A DNA stretch of 64,000 bases from the human T2T-CHM13v2.0 reference genome, Homo sapiens. The notes below the pieces were generated by a model. It had not been told where the DNA came from. It worked only from the letters and a program-made list of their open reading frames with translations, and did not search any database. Position 1 is the stretch's first letter. The number at the start of each line of letters is the position of its first letter. The stretch lies in the NCBI RefSeq assembly GCF_009914755.1, contig NC_060947.1. The stretch is one strand, 5' to 3'. Made by a program: the position numbers and the translations under genes. Below are positions 63,185 to 64,000 of this stretch, piece after piece.

Positions 63185-63600
63185 GATAATATTTGGTGCC
63201 AGGTAAGATGGAAGAAAGTGATTAATACCAATGTTTGGAACCAGGCAACCTCATCACAACTGGTGGGAGTATAGATTTGTATATTTTCCCTGGGGAGCAT
63301 AAAAAGTACATACTGTTTGTTCCAGCAATTCTACTTCTAGGTTTACCCTTAGGAAAAAAAAAATTACATAAATATATAAAAATGCATGTATAAAGTTGCT
63401 AATTACTGCACTGTTTATAATACTGAAACAATTGAAAATACCATCCAAATGTTCCAAAGGAAATGTAGACCATATTAAGGCAGTCACTAAGAGCAATAAT
63501 ATGAAATATTTTGGACATAGAAGATGGAAAGCAGGTTATTTCATTTTGTGAAAAAAAATAAATGCAAAGAAAAATATGAAGTTACCAGTGAGCACAGGGA
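63185..63600 (+). mobile_element. Old L1 3' fragment
   Basis: ccagcaattctacttctagg..gcactgtttataata..ccaaatgttcc. Confidence 0.6.
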
Positions 63601-63614
63601 TAATGGGGGATTAG

Positions 63615-63961
<347 letters not shown>

Positions 63962-64000
63962 TAAACATTTTTCAAAAGGTATTTGGAGGTGGCTTCCTTA

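Overview
Primate, almost certainly human, X-chromosome genomic DNA (Xq26.3 by gene content). It is Alu/L1/MIR-rich eukaryotic sequence, so nearly all entries in the ORF track are spurious. The + strand carries FHL1 from a 74-nt 5'UTR exon (303-376) through a ~36 kb intron, two alternative coding first exons (~27.2 and ~27.5 kb) and the LIM-domain exons to the poly(A) signal at 41725. Exon lengths add up exactly to FHL1A (280 aa), FHL1B (323 aa) and FHL1C (194 aa). The - strand carries the 3' part of MAP7D3: 11 coding exons plus a non-coding last exon, tail-to-tail with FHL1. The most notable extras are: (1) a 78-bp, in-frame mitochondrial ND4 fragment (micro-NUMT) inside an old Alu at 60244-60321; (2) a chain of minus-strand exon-like blocks at ~18.5-26.8 kb that may be a decayed antisense gene head-to-head with the internal FHL1 promoter (hypothesis only); (3) a ~195-bp diverged local duplication; (4) an Alu that seems to carry a 3' transduction; (5) several candidate splice switches. 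No prokaryotic-type system, CRISPR array or structural RNA gene was seen. Repeat names and boundaries were assigned by eye and are approximate.
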